DNA of 64,000 nucleotides, from NCBI GenBank assembly GCA_964445745.1, contig CAYULU010000005.1, positions 211 through 64,210 on the forward strand, given 5' to 3'. This document shows, in pieces, positions 35,754-45,600 of the stretch. The translations under genes were made by a program, and so were the position numbers. Source of the stretch: an uncultured bacterium (GTDB lineage Bacteria > Omnitrophota > Omnitrophia > Omnitrophales > Aquincolibacteriaceae). The notes under the pieces are model-generated. The model was not told the origin of the DNA, did not search any database, and saw only the letters and a program-made list of their open reading frames with translations. Every line of letters starts with the position of its first letter. The stretch's first letter is position 1.

Positions 35754-38537
35754 TTGGATGCGATTGAACTTCGTGGCGTTAAAACCCACAACCTCAAAAA
35801 TCTTCAACTGAAACTCCCTCGACGAAAACTTTATGTCGTGACAGGAGTCTCCGGCTCAGGGAAGTCTTCTCTGGCTTTTGATACCCTTTATGCGGAAGGC
35901 CAGCGGCGCTATCTGGAGTCGGTTTCCGCCTATGCCCGCCAGTTTCTTGAGCGAATGCCTAAACCCGATGTAGAGTTTTCTTCCGGGATTCCCCCTGCGC
36001 TTGCGATTCAGGCGAAAAACGTTGTAAGTAATGCACGCTCAACCGTCGGGACACAAACCGAGATCAATGATTATCTCCGGGTTGCTTTTGCGCGTGCAGG
36101 AAGATTGATCTGCCCTGAGTGTGAAATCGAAGTTGAAGGATATGATCCTGTCAGTGTCACCCGTCGACTTGTTCAGGATTTTTTAGAGAAAATGGTACGG
36201 ATCGTGGCCCTTGTCCCGCTCGGAAAAACAGGAATGAAATATCTTTCGGAAAATGTCAGGGAACTTGAGAGGCAGGGGTTCAGTGAGTTTTTCAGTGAGG
36301 GGGAATGGAAAAGTGGGGATTCCCTGCTGTCAGCGAAGCTGAAATTTTCTGAACTGCGCGTGAGCATAGACACGTTGCTGGTGAACGAAAAAAACAGGGA
36401 ACGTTTGACCGATTCTCTGGAGCTTGGATTTCGATATGGCAAAGGCAATGTCCAGGTCTGGTGCCAAGATCGAGAACTGAAATTTTCGGAAATTCTTCAG
36501 TGTGTGTCTTGCGGGAAAAAGTTTCCTGAGCCAGTCGCTAATCTTTTTTCATTTAACAGCCCTCTCGGCGCGTGTCCTGCTTGCCAGGGGTTTGGACGGG
36601 TGATCACGATCGACAGGGATCTTGTGGTCCCGGACGCCTCAAAATCGATCCGTGAAGGTGCGATTGAACCATGGACCAAGGCCAGTACGCGGTGGGAACA
36701 GGGGCAATTGCTGGATTTTTGTGCCCGTAAACGAATTCCGGTTAAAAGGCCTTGGGCAACACTTAAAAAGGTGTATCAAAAATGGATCTTCGAGGGATTC
36801 CCGGGAGACGATTATTTCAGTCTTCGTGATTTTTTTGATTATCTCAATAAAAAAATCTACAAAATGCATGTCAGGATTTTTTTAAACCGTTACCGGGGTT
36901 ATGTTCCCTGTACGGCCTGTCACACGAGCCGGCTTAAACCGGATGCGATGAATTACCGGCTGGGAGGAAAGACGATTGCGGACGTTCAAGCCCTTCCGAT
37001 TGACCGGTTGCTTGAATTTCTTGAAACGATCCGTCTGTCTCCGGAAGAAAAAGAAAAGATGGGGCCGGTCCATGAGGAATTGATCCATCGCATCCGTTTC
37101 CTGAAAGAGGTTGGTTTAGGCTATCTGACCCTTGACCGTATGTCACGAACGCTGTCTGGCGGGGAAGTCCAGCGAATTCACCTTGCGAGTTCGCTGGGGT
37201 CGGCCCTTGTGGACACCCTTTATGTTCTGGATGAACCGAGCATCGGTCTTCATGAGCGGGACAATCAAATGCTGATTACGCTTCTCAAGAAGCTTCGTGA
37301 TCTCGGGAATACGGTGGTGGTGGTTGAGCACGATCGAACCATGATCCAGTCCGCTGATGAAGTGATTGATCTTGGCCCCGGAGGGGGCGCCGGGGGAGGC
37401 CAGTTGATTTTTCAGGGAAGTATCGATGACCTCAAGGCGTGCCAGCAATCTTATACGTCACGTTACCTTTCAGGAAAAGAAAAACTGCAACGAGCTTTCC
37501 GCCCCGCGCAGGAAAAAACGCAGAAAATCCTAATTGAAGGTGCATCAGCGCACAATCTCAAGAAAATTTGTGTTGAAATACCGCTGGGACGACTGGCTGT
37601 CCTGACAGGAGTTTCGGGATCTGGGAAAAGCACCTTACTTTACAATATTCTTTATAACCATTACCTGAAATCCAAGGGCCAGCCGGTATCCCAGGACGAG
37701 CTTGGAAATGTAAAAAGGATTGTGGGATTTGAAGGTGTCCGGAATATGGCGCTGGTCGATCAGTCCTCTCTGGGGCGGTCGCCGCGTTCCAATCCCGCGA
37801 CTTATACCAAGGCATTTGAAGAGGTGCGGAAAATTTTCGCATCGACTCAGCAGGCCAAGCGGGCAGGTTTTGATGCCGGCTATTTTTCCTTTAACTCGGA
37901 AAAAGGGCGCTGTCCGGTTTGTAAGGGCGATGGCGCGGTCAAGATCGAAATGCATTTTCTTGCGGACATCTTTGTTCCGTGCGAAGCGTGTCAAGGCCGG
38001 CGGTTTAAAAATGAAGTTCTGGCAATTGAATACCAGGGATTGAATATTGACAAAGTTCTTCAACTTACGATTGATGAAACCGTGGATTTTTTTCAGGCAC
38101 GCAAAGGTATTGTCGATAAACTGGAGCCTCTGAGAAAGATCGGTCTTGGTTATCTTAAACTCGGCCAGCCAACTTTGACCCTCTCCGGGGGTGAGGCGCA
38201 ACGTCTTAAGCTGGCCTGTGAAATGGCCGAACCGTTCTCAGGGGCCACACTGTATCTTCTGGATGAGCCGACGACAGGGTTGCATGAGAGGGATATTCAT
38301 CATCTGCTGACTGCCTTTGATGAGCTTCTCGCCCGGGGACACTCTCTTTTTGTCATTGAGCACCATATGGGAGTGATTGCTCTGGCGGATTATGTGATTG
38401 ATCTCGGGCCGGAGGGAGGCGAGGATGGAGGCGAAATTATTTATCAAGGAGATGTGGAAGGTTTGCTGGGATGCAGTCGGTCTCATACCGGACAGTGTCT
38501 TAAGAAGTACCTTACTGGTTTGGGTGGGGCGGATTGA
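35754..38537 (+). CDS. uvrA: Excinuclease ABC subunit A
   Basis: 927 aa. The N-terminus reads IELRGVKTHNLKNLQLKLPRRKLYVVTGVSGSGKSSLAFDTLYAEGQRRY, with a second ABC module (LTGVSGSGKSTL) and zinc-finger Cys pairs. The start is TTG, the only in-frame start after the upstream stop. Confidence 0.95.
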   Translation: MDAIELRGVKTHNLKNLQLKLPRRKLYVVTGVSGSGKSSLAFDTLYAEGQRRYLESVSAYARQFLERMPKPDVEFSSGIPPALAIQAKNVVSNARSTVGTQTEINDYLRVAFARAGRLICPECEIEVEGYDPVSVTRRLVQDFLEKMVRIVALVPLGKTGMKYLSENVRELERQGFSEFFSEGEWKSGDSLLSAKLKFSELRVSIDTLLVNEKNRERLTDSLELGFRYGKGNVQVWCQDRELKFSEILQCVSCGKKFPEPVANLFSFNSPLGACPACQGFGRVITIDRDLVVPDASKSIREGAIEPWTKASTRWEQGQLLDFCARKRIPVKRPWATLKKVYQKWIFEGFPGDDYFSLRDFFDYLNKKIYKMHVRIFLNRYRGYVPCTACHTSRLKPDAMNYRLGGKTIADVQALPIDRLLEFLETIRLSPEEKEKMGPVHEELIHRIRFLKEVGLGYLTLDRMSRTLSGGEVQRIHLASSLGSALVDTLYVLDEPSIGLHERDNQMLITLLKKLRDLGNTVVVVEHDRTMIQSADEVIDLGPGGGAGGGQLIFQGSIDDLKACQQSYTSRYLSGKEKLQRAFRPAQEKTQKILIEGASAHNLKKICVEIPLGRLAVLTGVSGSGKSTLLYNILYNHYLKSKGQPVSQDELGNVKRIVGFEGVRNMALVDQSSLGRSPRSNPATYTKAFEEVRKIFASTQQAKRAGFDAGYFSFNSEKGRCPVCKGDGAVKIEMHFLADIFVPCEACQGRRFKNEVLAIEYQGLNIDKVLQLTIDETVDFFQARKGIVDKLEPLRKIGLGYLKLGQPTLTLSGGEAQRLKLACEMAEPFSGATLYLLDEPTTGLHERDIHHLLTAFDELLARGHSLFVIEHHMGVIALADYVIDLGPEGGEDGGEIIYQGDVEGLLGCSRSHTGQCLKKYLTGLGGAD

Positions 38538-38629
38538 AACCCGTGCGATATTTTTTCCTTCTTCTGGAAGGATGTTCCCTGCCATTTGATCTCTTTCGGA
38601 TTCTAAGGTATCTTTTAGCAGGTGACTCG

Positions 38630-39103
38630 ATGACTAAAAAATGGTGTTTCTTAATATTGATTACGGTTTTGTCGGTAGCCAATGTGGCGTCCATCCGGCG
38701 TGCGGAGGATCCCATCCGTAACACCCAGACCAGCCCGATCGCATTTCAACAAAAAATGGAAGAAGAAAAGGACGGGAAGAAAGGGCCTCTTTTATACCAT
38801 GTTAAATATAATCCGGAAGATTCGTTTTTGACGGGCTCACCGGTTCTCCCTGAAGAAAAAGCTAAAGAGGATTCGGTATCCCCTTACTCAAGAGCCGGGG
38901 AGCTGGACTGGTGGGAAGAACCCGATTTACCGGCTGAAAGTGATGCTGAGATTCATTCAAACCAGGATCTTGGCAAGATGGAAGAAGGTTATTGGAGCGG
39001 GAATGTGATCACGGAGAACGGGGAGACGGGATCCGGTATCGATAATGAGATCGAGGAGAACGTTAATTCGGCGAGCTCGCAGGCTGAGGAGGAGTTGTGG
39101 TGA
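38630..39103 (+). CDS. Hypothetical acidic secreted protein
   Basis: The internal ATG at 38630 gives MTKKWCFLILITVLSVANVASIRRAEDP, which looks like a signal peptide. The remainder is E/D-rich and low-complexity. The ORF-track start at 38534 overlaps uvrA. Confidence 0.4.
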   Translation: MTKKWCFLILITVLSVANVASIRRAEDPIRNTQTSPIAFQQKMEEEKDGKKGPLLYHVKYNPEDSFLTGSPVLPEEKAKEDSVSPYSRAGELDWWEEPDLPAESDAEIHSNQDLGKMEEGYWSGNVITENGETGSGIDNEIEENVNSASSQAEEELW

Positions 39104-39326
39104 CATCTCTCTAAGAAGAAATCGTTACCGGATTTTTCCCTATCTTTGTGGGTCGGGAGTGCCGGTTGAGCTTTTTCGAAATAACCCAGTCAGCTTAAAA
39201 TCTCTAATCGTTGAAATAGCAGTGTAAATCAGAAAGCCTTATCGCTATAATACAGCCCAAGTTTACCTGCCGAAATCGGGTTCCCCCGGGCATGTGACCA
39301 AAGAGTAAAAAGGAGAGTGAATTACT

Positions 39327-40982
39327 ATGATGTCGTGGCGCCGTTTAAAATTATTTTGGATGGATCATTGGTTGAAATTTACGATTGTTTTTGCGGCGGT
39401 TGTTTTGATCGTTCTGTCCGTTTGGGGGATGGCTTCTCTCGAAAGCTATTATCGGAATATTACGCTGGCTCAGCTCCCTCTTCAAATCCTCATGGTGACG
39501 ATCAATGCCGTGATTTTTGTGTATCTTTATATGGTCATCTTTCGCGGGGGGTTCGCGAAGCTGGACAAGAAAAACATTAAGGCGCAAAACGTTAACGTCA
39601 AATTTTCGGATGTTATTGGAATTGATGAGGCCAAGGACGAATGTTGGGAAGTGGTGCAATTGATCAAGGATCACGTTCGCCTCAAGAAGATTGGTGGCAA
39701 AATTCTTCGCGGGATCCTCATGATGGGGCCTCCCGGTTGCGGAAAGACATATCTTGCCAAGGCGATCGCCACCGAGGCGGGAATGCCGTTTCTCTCGATG
39801 GCAGCGAGCGAATTCAACGAGATCTTTGTGGGTGTGGGAGCCAGCCGTGTCCGGAAACTTTTCCAGAAGGCCCAGCGAATGGCTTATGGTTACGGCGGGT
39901 GCATCGTGTTTATCGACGAGTTGGATGCGATGGGACAAAGACGTACTTTTAATCAGTTTGGAAGTGGTGAGGGGAACACCACCCAGAACCAGCTTCTTGT
40001 TGCCATGGATGGTCTCGGAGAAAGATCTGAAAACATCATTGTCATCGGAGCGACGAATGCTGCCGAAGATGTCCTGGATCCTGCCCTTCTCCGCCCCGGA
40101 CGTTTTGACAGAAAGGTTTATATAAAAAAGCCAAATCTTGAAGGCAGGGAGGCGCTTTTCCGCTATTACCTCAGTAAGGTGAAATTCGAAGCGTCGGTCG
40201 ATTGTAAACGCCTGGCGAGAAAGGCGATCGATAAATCGCCTGCGGATATCGAAAATATTGTTAAGGAATCGGCGCTGATCGCGACCCGAAATAAAAGGGA
40301 TTCGATTACGCTTAAGGACATCTCCGAGGCCATTGAGCGAATTGAGCTTGGGGTCAAACAACGATTAACGGTCAATGTCAAGGAACGCGAAATGACGGCC
40401 TATCACGAGACGGGCCATCTGATGGTGACCTATCTTCTGCATCCCCGTGATGATGTTTTTAAGGCATCAATTATTCCGAGGAAAATGTCTCTGGGTGTTG
40501 TTCACCCGACGCCGATCGAGGAATGGCACTCCAAGGATCGCGAGTCGTTGCTTGCCGATGTTAAAGTGTGTGTTGCGAGCTATGTTGCTGAAAAGCTCAA
40601 GTTTGGAACGACGACCACGGGGGTCGGGGGTGGTCCGGGGAGTGATTTTTACACGGCGTCTAACATTGCCAACGCCATGGTGTGGCGGTTTGGCATGGGG
40701 CCATCAGGGATGGTCGGGGATTACAGCGTTAATGCCCAACTGCTTTCTGAGGATTTGAAGACGCGGCTTAATCAGGATGTTGAGAAGATTCTCAAGGATT
40801 GCATGGCGGATGTTGAAGTGCTCCTTAAAAAGGAAAACGATCTCTTTGAGCGTTTTGCCCATGAACTGATCACAAAGAGTGAACTTGATTATGATGAGAT
40901 CGAAGCGATTTTCATGGAGTACGGGAAGATCAACCCGCGCCGGATCTCGTCGACCCAAGGCGGCTCTGCGTCGGCCGCTTAA
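39327..40982 (+). CDS. ftsH: FtsH-family AAA+ zinc metalloprotease paralogue lacking the periplasmic domain
   Basis: 551 aa with Walker [14 protein letters not shown], Walker B IVFIDELD, an SRH region and the zinc motif HETGHLMV. Two N-terminal TM helices are separated by only about 15 residues. Confidence 0.85.
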   Translation: MMSWRRLKLFWMDHWLKFTIVFAAVVLIVLSVWGMASLESYYRNITLAQLPLQILMVTINAVIFVYLYMVIFRGGFAKLDKKNIKAQNVNVKFSDVIGIDEAKDECWEVVQLIKDHVRLKKIGGKILRGILMMGPPGCGKTYLAKAIATEAGMPFLSMAASEFNEIFVGVGASRVRKLFQKAQRMAYGYGGCIVFIDELDAMGQRRTFNQFGSGEGNTTQNQLLVAMDGLGERSENIIVIGATNAAEDVLDPALLRPGRFDRKVYIKKPNLEGREALFRYYLSKVKFEASVDCKRLARKAIDKSPADIENIVKESALIATRNKRDSITLKDISEAIERIELGVKQRLTVNVKEREMTAYHETGHLMVTYLLHPRDDVFKASIIPRKMSLGVVHPTPIEEWHSKDRESLLADVKVCVASYVAEKLKFGTTTTGVGGGPGSDFYTASNIANAMVWRFGMGPSGMVGDYSVNAQLLSEDLKTRLNQDVEKILKDCMADVEVLLKKENDLFERFAHELITKSELDYDEIEAIFMEYGKINPRRISSTQGGSASAA

Positions 40983-40996
40983 GTTTCTTTATGACT

Positions 40997-41052
40997 CAAA
41001 AGACATTTGACACCCTGTTACGAAAAAGGTGTCAGATGTCTTTTGTTTTTTT
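40997..41052 (+). terminator. Strong intrinsic terminator after ftsH
   Basis: An 18-bp stem pairs caaaagacatttgacacc (40997-41014) with ggtgtcagatgtcttttg (41028-41045), with one G-U pair, and is followed by T7 (41046-41052). Confidence 0.75.
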
Positions 41053-42385
41053 AGCTTTATGGATGACGGGGATATTGATCTCCGGATGTACCCCTCCGAG
41101 TTACAGTGGCGATGAGCTCAAACAAGCGGTTATCGAAATTACCCGGAAAGAGTACGGTATCGAACATTGTGACGTCAAGATTGTGGGGACGACCTTTGGA
41201 GTTTTTCTCCCGCTCTCCCAACTTTTCTCCATGGATTTTAAAGAAGCGATCCTTTCCGGACAGGTAACCGACATGGAGCAGCTTTTCCAGCCCACCGAAG
41301 AAGCGATCGACAAGATTGAAGATGTGCTGTTTTCAATGTCTCGGGTGATTCTCTCCACGGACCGGAAAATCGATTTTTATTTTCTCCAGGCGACTGATAT
41401 TGAAAAAACGGGAATGGAGATCAATTTTATTGGGCACAGTGATGACATCAAGAGAGTCCGTTTTTGGGACATCCCAAGGAGCGAATACCGGAAACGCATC
41501 ATCCATGAAATGCAGTTGAACCGTCCTGTGCTTTGGCATCGACCGGTCAAACAGTTCTTTAATGACTTAAACGAAAAAACACGTTCCGAACTGAAACTTC
41601 TTTACTTCAAGGGCCTCGATGACGCCAAATGGGAAGAGGAATTTTTCCTGACTTCAAAGACAGGGGCTTCTGACGAAAGGGGTGCGAGGATTTGGGAAGT
41701 GATGGATGTTCGTAGTTTGCCCGTCCAGGATCAGGAGGTGGTTGTTTATGTGAAAGTTAGTGCCAAGCCGCGGGATGGACAGGGCGTTCCTCAGGCTTTG
41801 GATTATCTTTTCCAAATATCGACGCAAGGGGATCAGGAAAAGATCGACCGCATTACCCCGATGAGTATTTTGGACCAAACGTCGGCGGGCCTTGATGCTC
41901 CCATGACCCGGGACATGATTTATTCAAGCTTGGATCGATGGGACGAGGAATTCAGTGTGCCGGATATGACTCTCGGTGAGTTTCTTGCGATGCAGCTTTC
42001 GCGGAGGATGCAGATGACAATTTCACAGGACGAACGGGTTTACAATACCTTCTCCGGAATTAAGGCCGTATTTCAGCATGTTGAAGGTGACCCCGGACAT
42101 TTTATTTTTCACATGACCGCTCCCTTGAAAGATATTCGGCAGAAATCCTATACTTTGGATCAAGGAGTGAATGAGGATGTGATCTACGTCTGGAACCTGG
42201 CGACCCGTGAGTTTGTGGATGTCCTTCGTAGCTATAGCTTTAAAGATTGGGAGTTTTTAAGTTTTAGCCTGACCCAGGCGCCATCCTACACCTGGAGTGC
42301 CAACCGGCAGGATCTCGAACTTTACCGGCGCATGAAAAAACCGTTACAAGATATTTTGATCCTTACCCCTCAGGTTGCTTCCTAG
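41036..42385 (+). CDS. Hypothetical lipoprotein
   Basis: The internal ATG at 41036 gives MSFVFLALWMTGILISGCTPP, a signal peptide with a lipobox. The ORF-track start at 40991 lies inside the 5' arm of the ftsH terminator. I recognise no family. Confidence 0.55.
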   Translation: MSFVFLALWMTGILISGCTPPSYSGDELKQAVIEITRKEYGIEHCDVKIVGTTFGVFLPLSQLFSMDFKEAILSGQVTDMEQLFQPTEEAIDKIEDVLFSMSRVILSTDRKIDFYFLQATDIEKTGMEINFIGHSDDIKRVRFWDIPRSEYRKRIIHEMQLNRPVLWHRPVKQFFNDLNEKTRSELKLLYFKGLDDAKWEEEFFLTSKTGASDERGARIWEVMDVRSLPVQDQEVVVYVKVSAKPRDGQGVPQALDYLFQISTQGDQEKIDRITPMSILDQTSAGLDAPMTRDMIYSSLDRWDEEFSVPDMTLGEFLAMQLSRRMQMTISQDERVYNTFSGIKAVFQHVEGDPGHFIFHMTAPLKDIRQKSYTLDQGVNEDVIYVWNLATREFVDVLRSYSFKDWEFLSFSLTQAPSYTWSANRQDLELYRRMKKPLQDILILTPQVAS

Positions 42386-42415
42386 CAGGTTTGATATTCT
42401 TTTCGCGGGTCGGTC

Positions 42416-42444
42416 TTGAGAGCCTGATGAATTTCTGCTATCAT
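42416..42444 (+). promoter_or_regulatory. Sigma70-type promoter of hrcA-grpE
   Basis: TTGAGA (42416-42421), a 17-nt spacer, then TATCAT (42439-42444). The hrcA ATG is only 10 nt after the -10 element. Confidence 0.5.
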
Positions 42445-42454
42445 ACGCCCTCTT

Positions 42455-43243
42455 ATGGAAATCCTTACTCCCAGACAAGCAGACATCCTGAAGGGTGTCG
42501 TCGAAGCTCATATTGAGACCAGTGATCCTGTCGGGTCTCATTATATTATCAGGAAGTATGCGCTTCCCATTTCCTCTGCCACCATCCGGAACGAAATGGG
42601 GGTGCTTGAAGAAATGGGATATTTAACGCATCCTCATACTTCGTCGGGGCGAGTGCCTACGGACTCGGGGTACCGTTATTATCTGGACCATTCCTCGTTC
42701 GCTGATGTGATGCCGGAGTCTCTATGTTTGCAGGTGGCACGAGAACTTAACCAGAAGTACCAGGAGCAGCGGGCTGTCGAGGTTTTTCTTGAAAATGTCA
42801 CTTCCATGCTTTCTTCCATGACCCATGAGATAGGACTTTCTTTATCGATGGCGCCGGAACACGGCCTTGATCAGAAAATTGATGGTCTCCGGCTTTCGCT
42901 TCAGGGGCTGACCCATATTCTTGAGAAACCGGAATTTCAAGATATCAACAAGCTTCGCACACTTTTAAAAACTCTGGAAGAAAAGATTGTCCTTAAACAA
43001 TGGTTGCTCAAGCAGGCGCGGGAATCCCAAATTTCGGTTTCTGTTGGCCGGGAACATGAAAGCCAGGCGCTTGAGAATTGTGCCATTGTCACAGCACGTT
43101 ACTCAGCCGGAGAACTGGGAACCGGCGTTATCGCCATACTGGGCCCTAAACGGATGCCTTACCGGAAGCTTGTTCCGCTCGTTTCCCAGGTTGCAGAACT
43201 TATGGAAACCTTTTTTACCGAACACGAGGAGTTTGATTCATGA
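42455..43243 (+). CDS. hrcA: Heat-inducible transcription repressor HrcA
   Basis: 262 aa. LTPRQADILKGVVEAHIETSDPVGSHYI...SSATIRNEMGVLEEMGYLTHPHTSSGRVPTDSGYRYY is canonical HrcA, with a C-terminal GVIAILGPKRMPY. It is shorter than typical HrcA. Confidence 0.85.
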   Translation: MEILTPRQADILKGVVEAHIETSDPVGSHYIIRKYALPISSATIRNEMGVLEEMGYLTHPHTSSGRVPTDSGYRYYLDHSSFADVMPESLCLQVARELNQKYQEQRAVEVFLENVTSMLSSMTHEIGLSLSMAPEHGLDQKIDGLRLSLQGLTHILEKPEFQDINKLRTLLKTLEEKIVLKQWLLKQARESQISVSVGREHESQALENCAIVTARYSAGELGTGVIAILGPKRMPYRKLVPLVSQVAELMETFFTEHEEFDS

Positions 43244-43875
43244 ATTCTCATTTCAAGAAGGACCCGGCGCATGCTGAGGCGAGTACCCCCAACCCGGATT
43301 CAAAAGTCTCTCCGGAAAAAGAAAGCCGCGCCCCGGAAAGTAATGACGGGGTGACGACCGAATGTGAGAGACTCCAAAAACGCGTGGAAGAACTGGAAGG
43401 ACTTCGCGAGAAGTTTTTGCATGCGGCTGCTGATTTTGAAAATGCCAAAAAGCGGAATACCCGGGAGAAAGAGGAGTTCATCAAGTTTAGTCAGGAACGG
43501 ATTCTCCGCGATATGCTTCCCGTGCTTGATAATTTTGAGCGGGCCGTCGCACACACTTCTACGGCGGAACTTTCTGAATCAAATGCGGAAAAGCTCCGGA
43601 CCAATTTTAAAAATATGGCCGCAGGCGTTCAAATGGTACAAAAACAGTTTACCGATACCCTCAAAAAATACGGACTGAGCCGACTGAAAACGGTTGGCGA
43701 AAAATTTGACCCCAATTGCCATGAGGCTGTGGCGCATGTCGCGGGGGACGGCGACGAGGATGTGATTGTTGATGAGATTGAGGCGGGGTACATGATTCAT
43801 GACCGGTTACTCAGGGCCGCCAAAGTTAGGGTGCGGACCGCTCCTCCCCAGGAAAAACAGGACGAAATCACCTAA
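43240..43875 (+). CDS. grpE: Nucleotide exchange factor GrpE
   Basis: 211 aa with FLHAAADFENAKKRNTREKEE...LPVLDNFERA...GYMIHDRLLRAAKVRV. It overlaps the hrcA stop. Confidence 0.9.
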   Translation: MNSHFKKDPAHAEASTPNPDSKVSPEKESRAPESNDGVTTECERLQKRVEELEGLREKFLHAAADFENAKKRNTREKEEFIKFSQERILRDMLPVLDNFERAVAHTSTAELSESNAEKLRTNFKNMAAGVQMVQKQFTDTLKKYGLSRLKTVGEKFDPNCHEAVAHVAGDGDEDVIVDEIEAGYMIHDRLLRAAKVRVRTAPPQEKQDEIT

Positions 43876-43895
43876 AAATCAGGGGGACGATTTAC

Positions 43896-43939
43896 GGACA
43901 ACGCTCCACGATCTATAGATTCTATGCGTTGTCCTTTTT
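43896..43939 (+). terminator. Intrinsic terminator after grpE
   Basis: ggacaacgc (43896-43904) pairs with gcgttgtcc (43926-43934) and is followed by T5. The loop contains the self-complementary atctatagat. Confidence 0.6.
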
Positions 43940-43962
43940 CGTTTTCCGTTACTCCAAATTAA

Positions 43963-45060
43963 ATGATGAAGAAACGCGATTATTATGACGTGTTGAGTGT
44001 CGGGCGTCAGGCAAGTGAGGATGAGCTTAAAAAGGCTTACCGGAAGCTTGCCCTCCAGTATCACCCTGATCGGAATCCCGGCAACAAGGAGGCTGAAGAA
44101 AAATTTAAGGAAGCCGCCGAGGCCTATGCTGTCCTGAGCGATTCAGAAAAGCGTTCCCGGTACGACCAGTTTGGTCACAGTTTGGGAGGCCAGGGATTTT
44201 CAGGGTTTGAGGGCTTTCAGGATGCCTTTGGGGGATTTAGCGATATTTTTGGTGACCTTTTTGAGGATTTTTTGGGAGGGAGCGGCAGTCGACGTTCCAG
44301 AGGTCGGGGACGTCGCGGGGCTGACCTTGAGTATGCCGTTGAAATCAGTTTAGAAGAAGTTTTGGGTGGGAAGGCCATGGAGATTGAGGTCCCGCGCCGA
44401 GAAACATGCGCCGAATGCCAGGGGAGCGGTGCGGAAAAAGGTTCCAAGAAAAAGGTTTGTGAGAGTTGCGGGGGAAGGGGCGAAGTTCGAATTAGCCAGG
44501 GGTTTTTTACCATGCGCCAAACTTGCCCACGGTGCGGCGGAGAAGGCGAGTCGATCGAAAAACGTTGTCCCGTATGTAAGGGGGAAGGCCGCGTCAACAA
44601 AGTTCGAAAACTTCAGGTTAAAATCCCTCCCGGGATTGAGGACGGATCCAGGCTTCGGATGACGGGGGAAGGCGAGGCGGGTCAGGGAGGTGCTTCCCGC
44701 GGAGATTTTTATATTCATGTAAGAGTGAAGAAACACAAAAGATTTGAGCGTCAGGGGCAGGATCTCTATGTGGAAAATCTGATCCCTTACACGGTCGCTG
44801 TCCTGGGAGGGAAAGTGGAGATTGAGACCTTGACTGGGACGACCGAAATGAAAATCGATTCGGGAACTCCGTCCGGGAAAATCCTCAAAATTAAAAATGA
44901 AGGAGTCCCTGCGTATGGGGTTCCGGATCGGCGCGGGGATCTTTACGTTCGTGTCCAGGTTGAGGTTCCGGTTAAGCCGTCCAAGCAAGAGCGGGAGTTA
45001 ATTGAAAAGCTTGCGGCTGAAAGAGGAGATCCGGTGGCTGTTAAAAAGAGTTTTTTCTAA
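43963..45060 (+). CDS. dnaJ: Molecular chaperone DnaJ (type I: J-domain, G/F region, four CxxCxGxG zinc-finger repeats)
   Basis: 365 aa with DYYDVLSV...[13 protein letters not shown], a G/F-rich linker, and the repeats [24 protein letters not shown] and CPVCKGEG. Confidence 0.95.
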   Translation: MMKKRDYYDVLSVGRQASEDELKKAYRKLALQYHPDRNPGNKEAEEKFKEAAEAYAVLSDSEKRSRYDQFGHSLGGQGFSGFEGFQDAFGGFSDIFGDLFEDFLGGSGSRRSRGRGRRGADLEYAVEISLEEVLGGKAMEIEVPRRETCAECQGSGAEKGSKKKVCESCGGRGEVRISQGFFTMRQTCPRCGGEGESIEKRCPVCKGEGRVNKVRKLQVKIPPGIEDGSRLRMTGEGEAGQGGASRGDFYIHVRVKKHKRFERQGQDLYVENLIPYTVAVLGGKVEIETLTGTTEMKIDSGTPSGKILKIKNEGVPAYGVPDRRGDLYVRVQVEVPVKPSKQERELIEKLAAERGDPVAVKKSFF

Positions 45061-45096
45061 TCAAGTCTCATTTCGGGGGCGACCATAGGTGGAACT

Positions 45097-45519
45097 GTGG
45101 AGTATTTTGATTATCAATATAGAGTGATTTATGCGGATACTGATCGGATGGGTGTGACTTATTATGGTCACTATTTCCGGTTTTTTGAAGCGGGACGTAA
45201 TGAGTATTTTCGTGCGCTTGGTTTGCCGTATACCGAATGCGAAAGAAAAGGTGTCTTTCTGCCTGTGGGCGAGGCACATGCCAAGTATATTGCGCCCTCC
45301 ACGTATGATGACGAATTGATCGTTCGCACCAGCGTAAGCCATTTGGGTGCCAGCACGATTAAGTTCCAGTATCAGGTGATTAAAAAAGATTCGGGGAAGG
45401 TTATTACGACCGGAGATACGTTGCATGTTTTTGTGGATAAGACTTTGCGGCCCTGCCGAATCCCGGATGAAATCAGGAACAAGGTGACGGTGTACACTTT
45501 ATTGCGCAAGAAGACCTGA
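45097..45519 (+). CDS. YbgC/4HBT-family acyl-CoA thioesterase
   Basis: 140 aa. YRVIYADTDRMGVTYYGHYFRFFEAGRNEYFRALG is the hotdog-fold 4HBT pattern. The start is GTG. Confidence 0.75.
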   Translation: MEYFDYQYRVIYADTDRMGVTYYGHYFRFFEAGRNEYFRALGLPYTECERKGVFLPVGEAHAKYIAPSTYDDELIVRTSVSHLGASTIKFQYQVIKKDSGKVITTGDTLHVFVDKTLRPCRIPDEIRNKVTVYTLLRKKT

Positions 45520-45600
45520 GTGAACGGTTTCGGGCAGGAGAGGGTTTGCGTCTGACGAAAATTTGACGTTGAGTGTGTCACCATGAAAAAGGGGAATGAA

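Noticed and set aside
38534-38629. The start of the 189-aa ORF overlapping the uvrA stop.
   Set aside because: The first 32 codons carry no signal or conserved features. The internal ATG at 38630 yields a clean signal peptide, so the shorter model was reported at low confidence.
42386-43962. A CIRCE operator expected near hrcA, grpE and dnaJ.
   Set aside because: I scanned the intergenic regions by eye and found no TTAGCACTC / GAGTGCTAA-like inverted repeat. The absence is reported as a finding rather than annotating a site.
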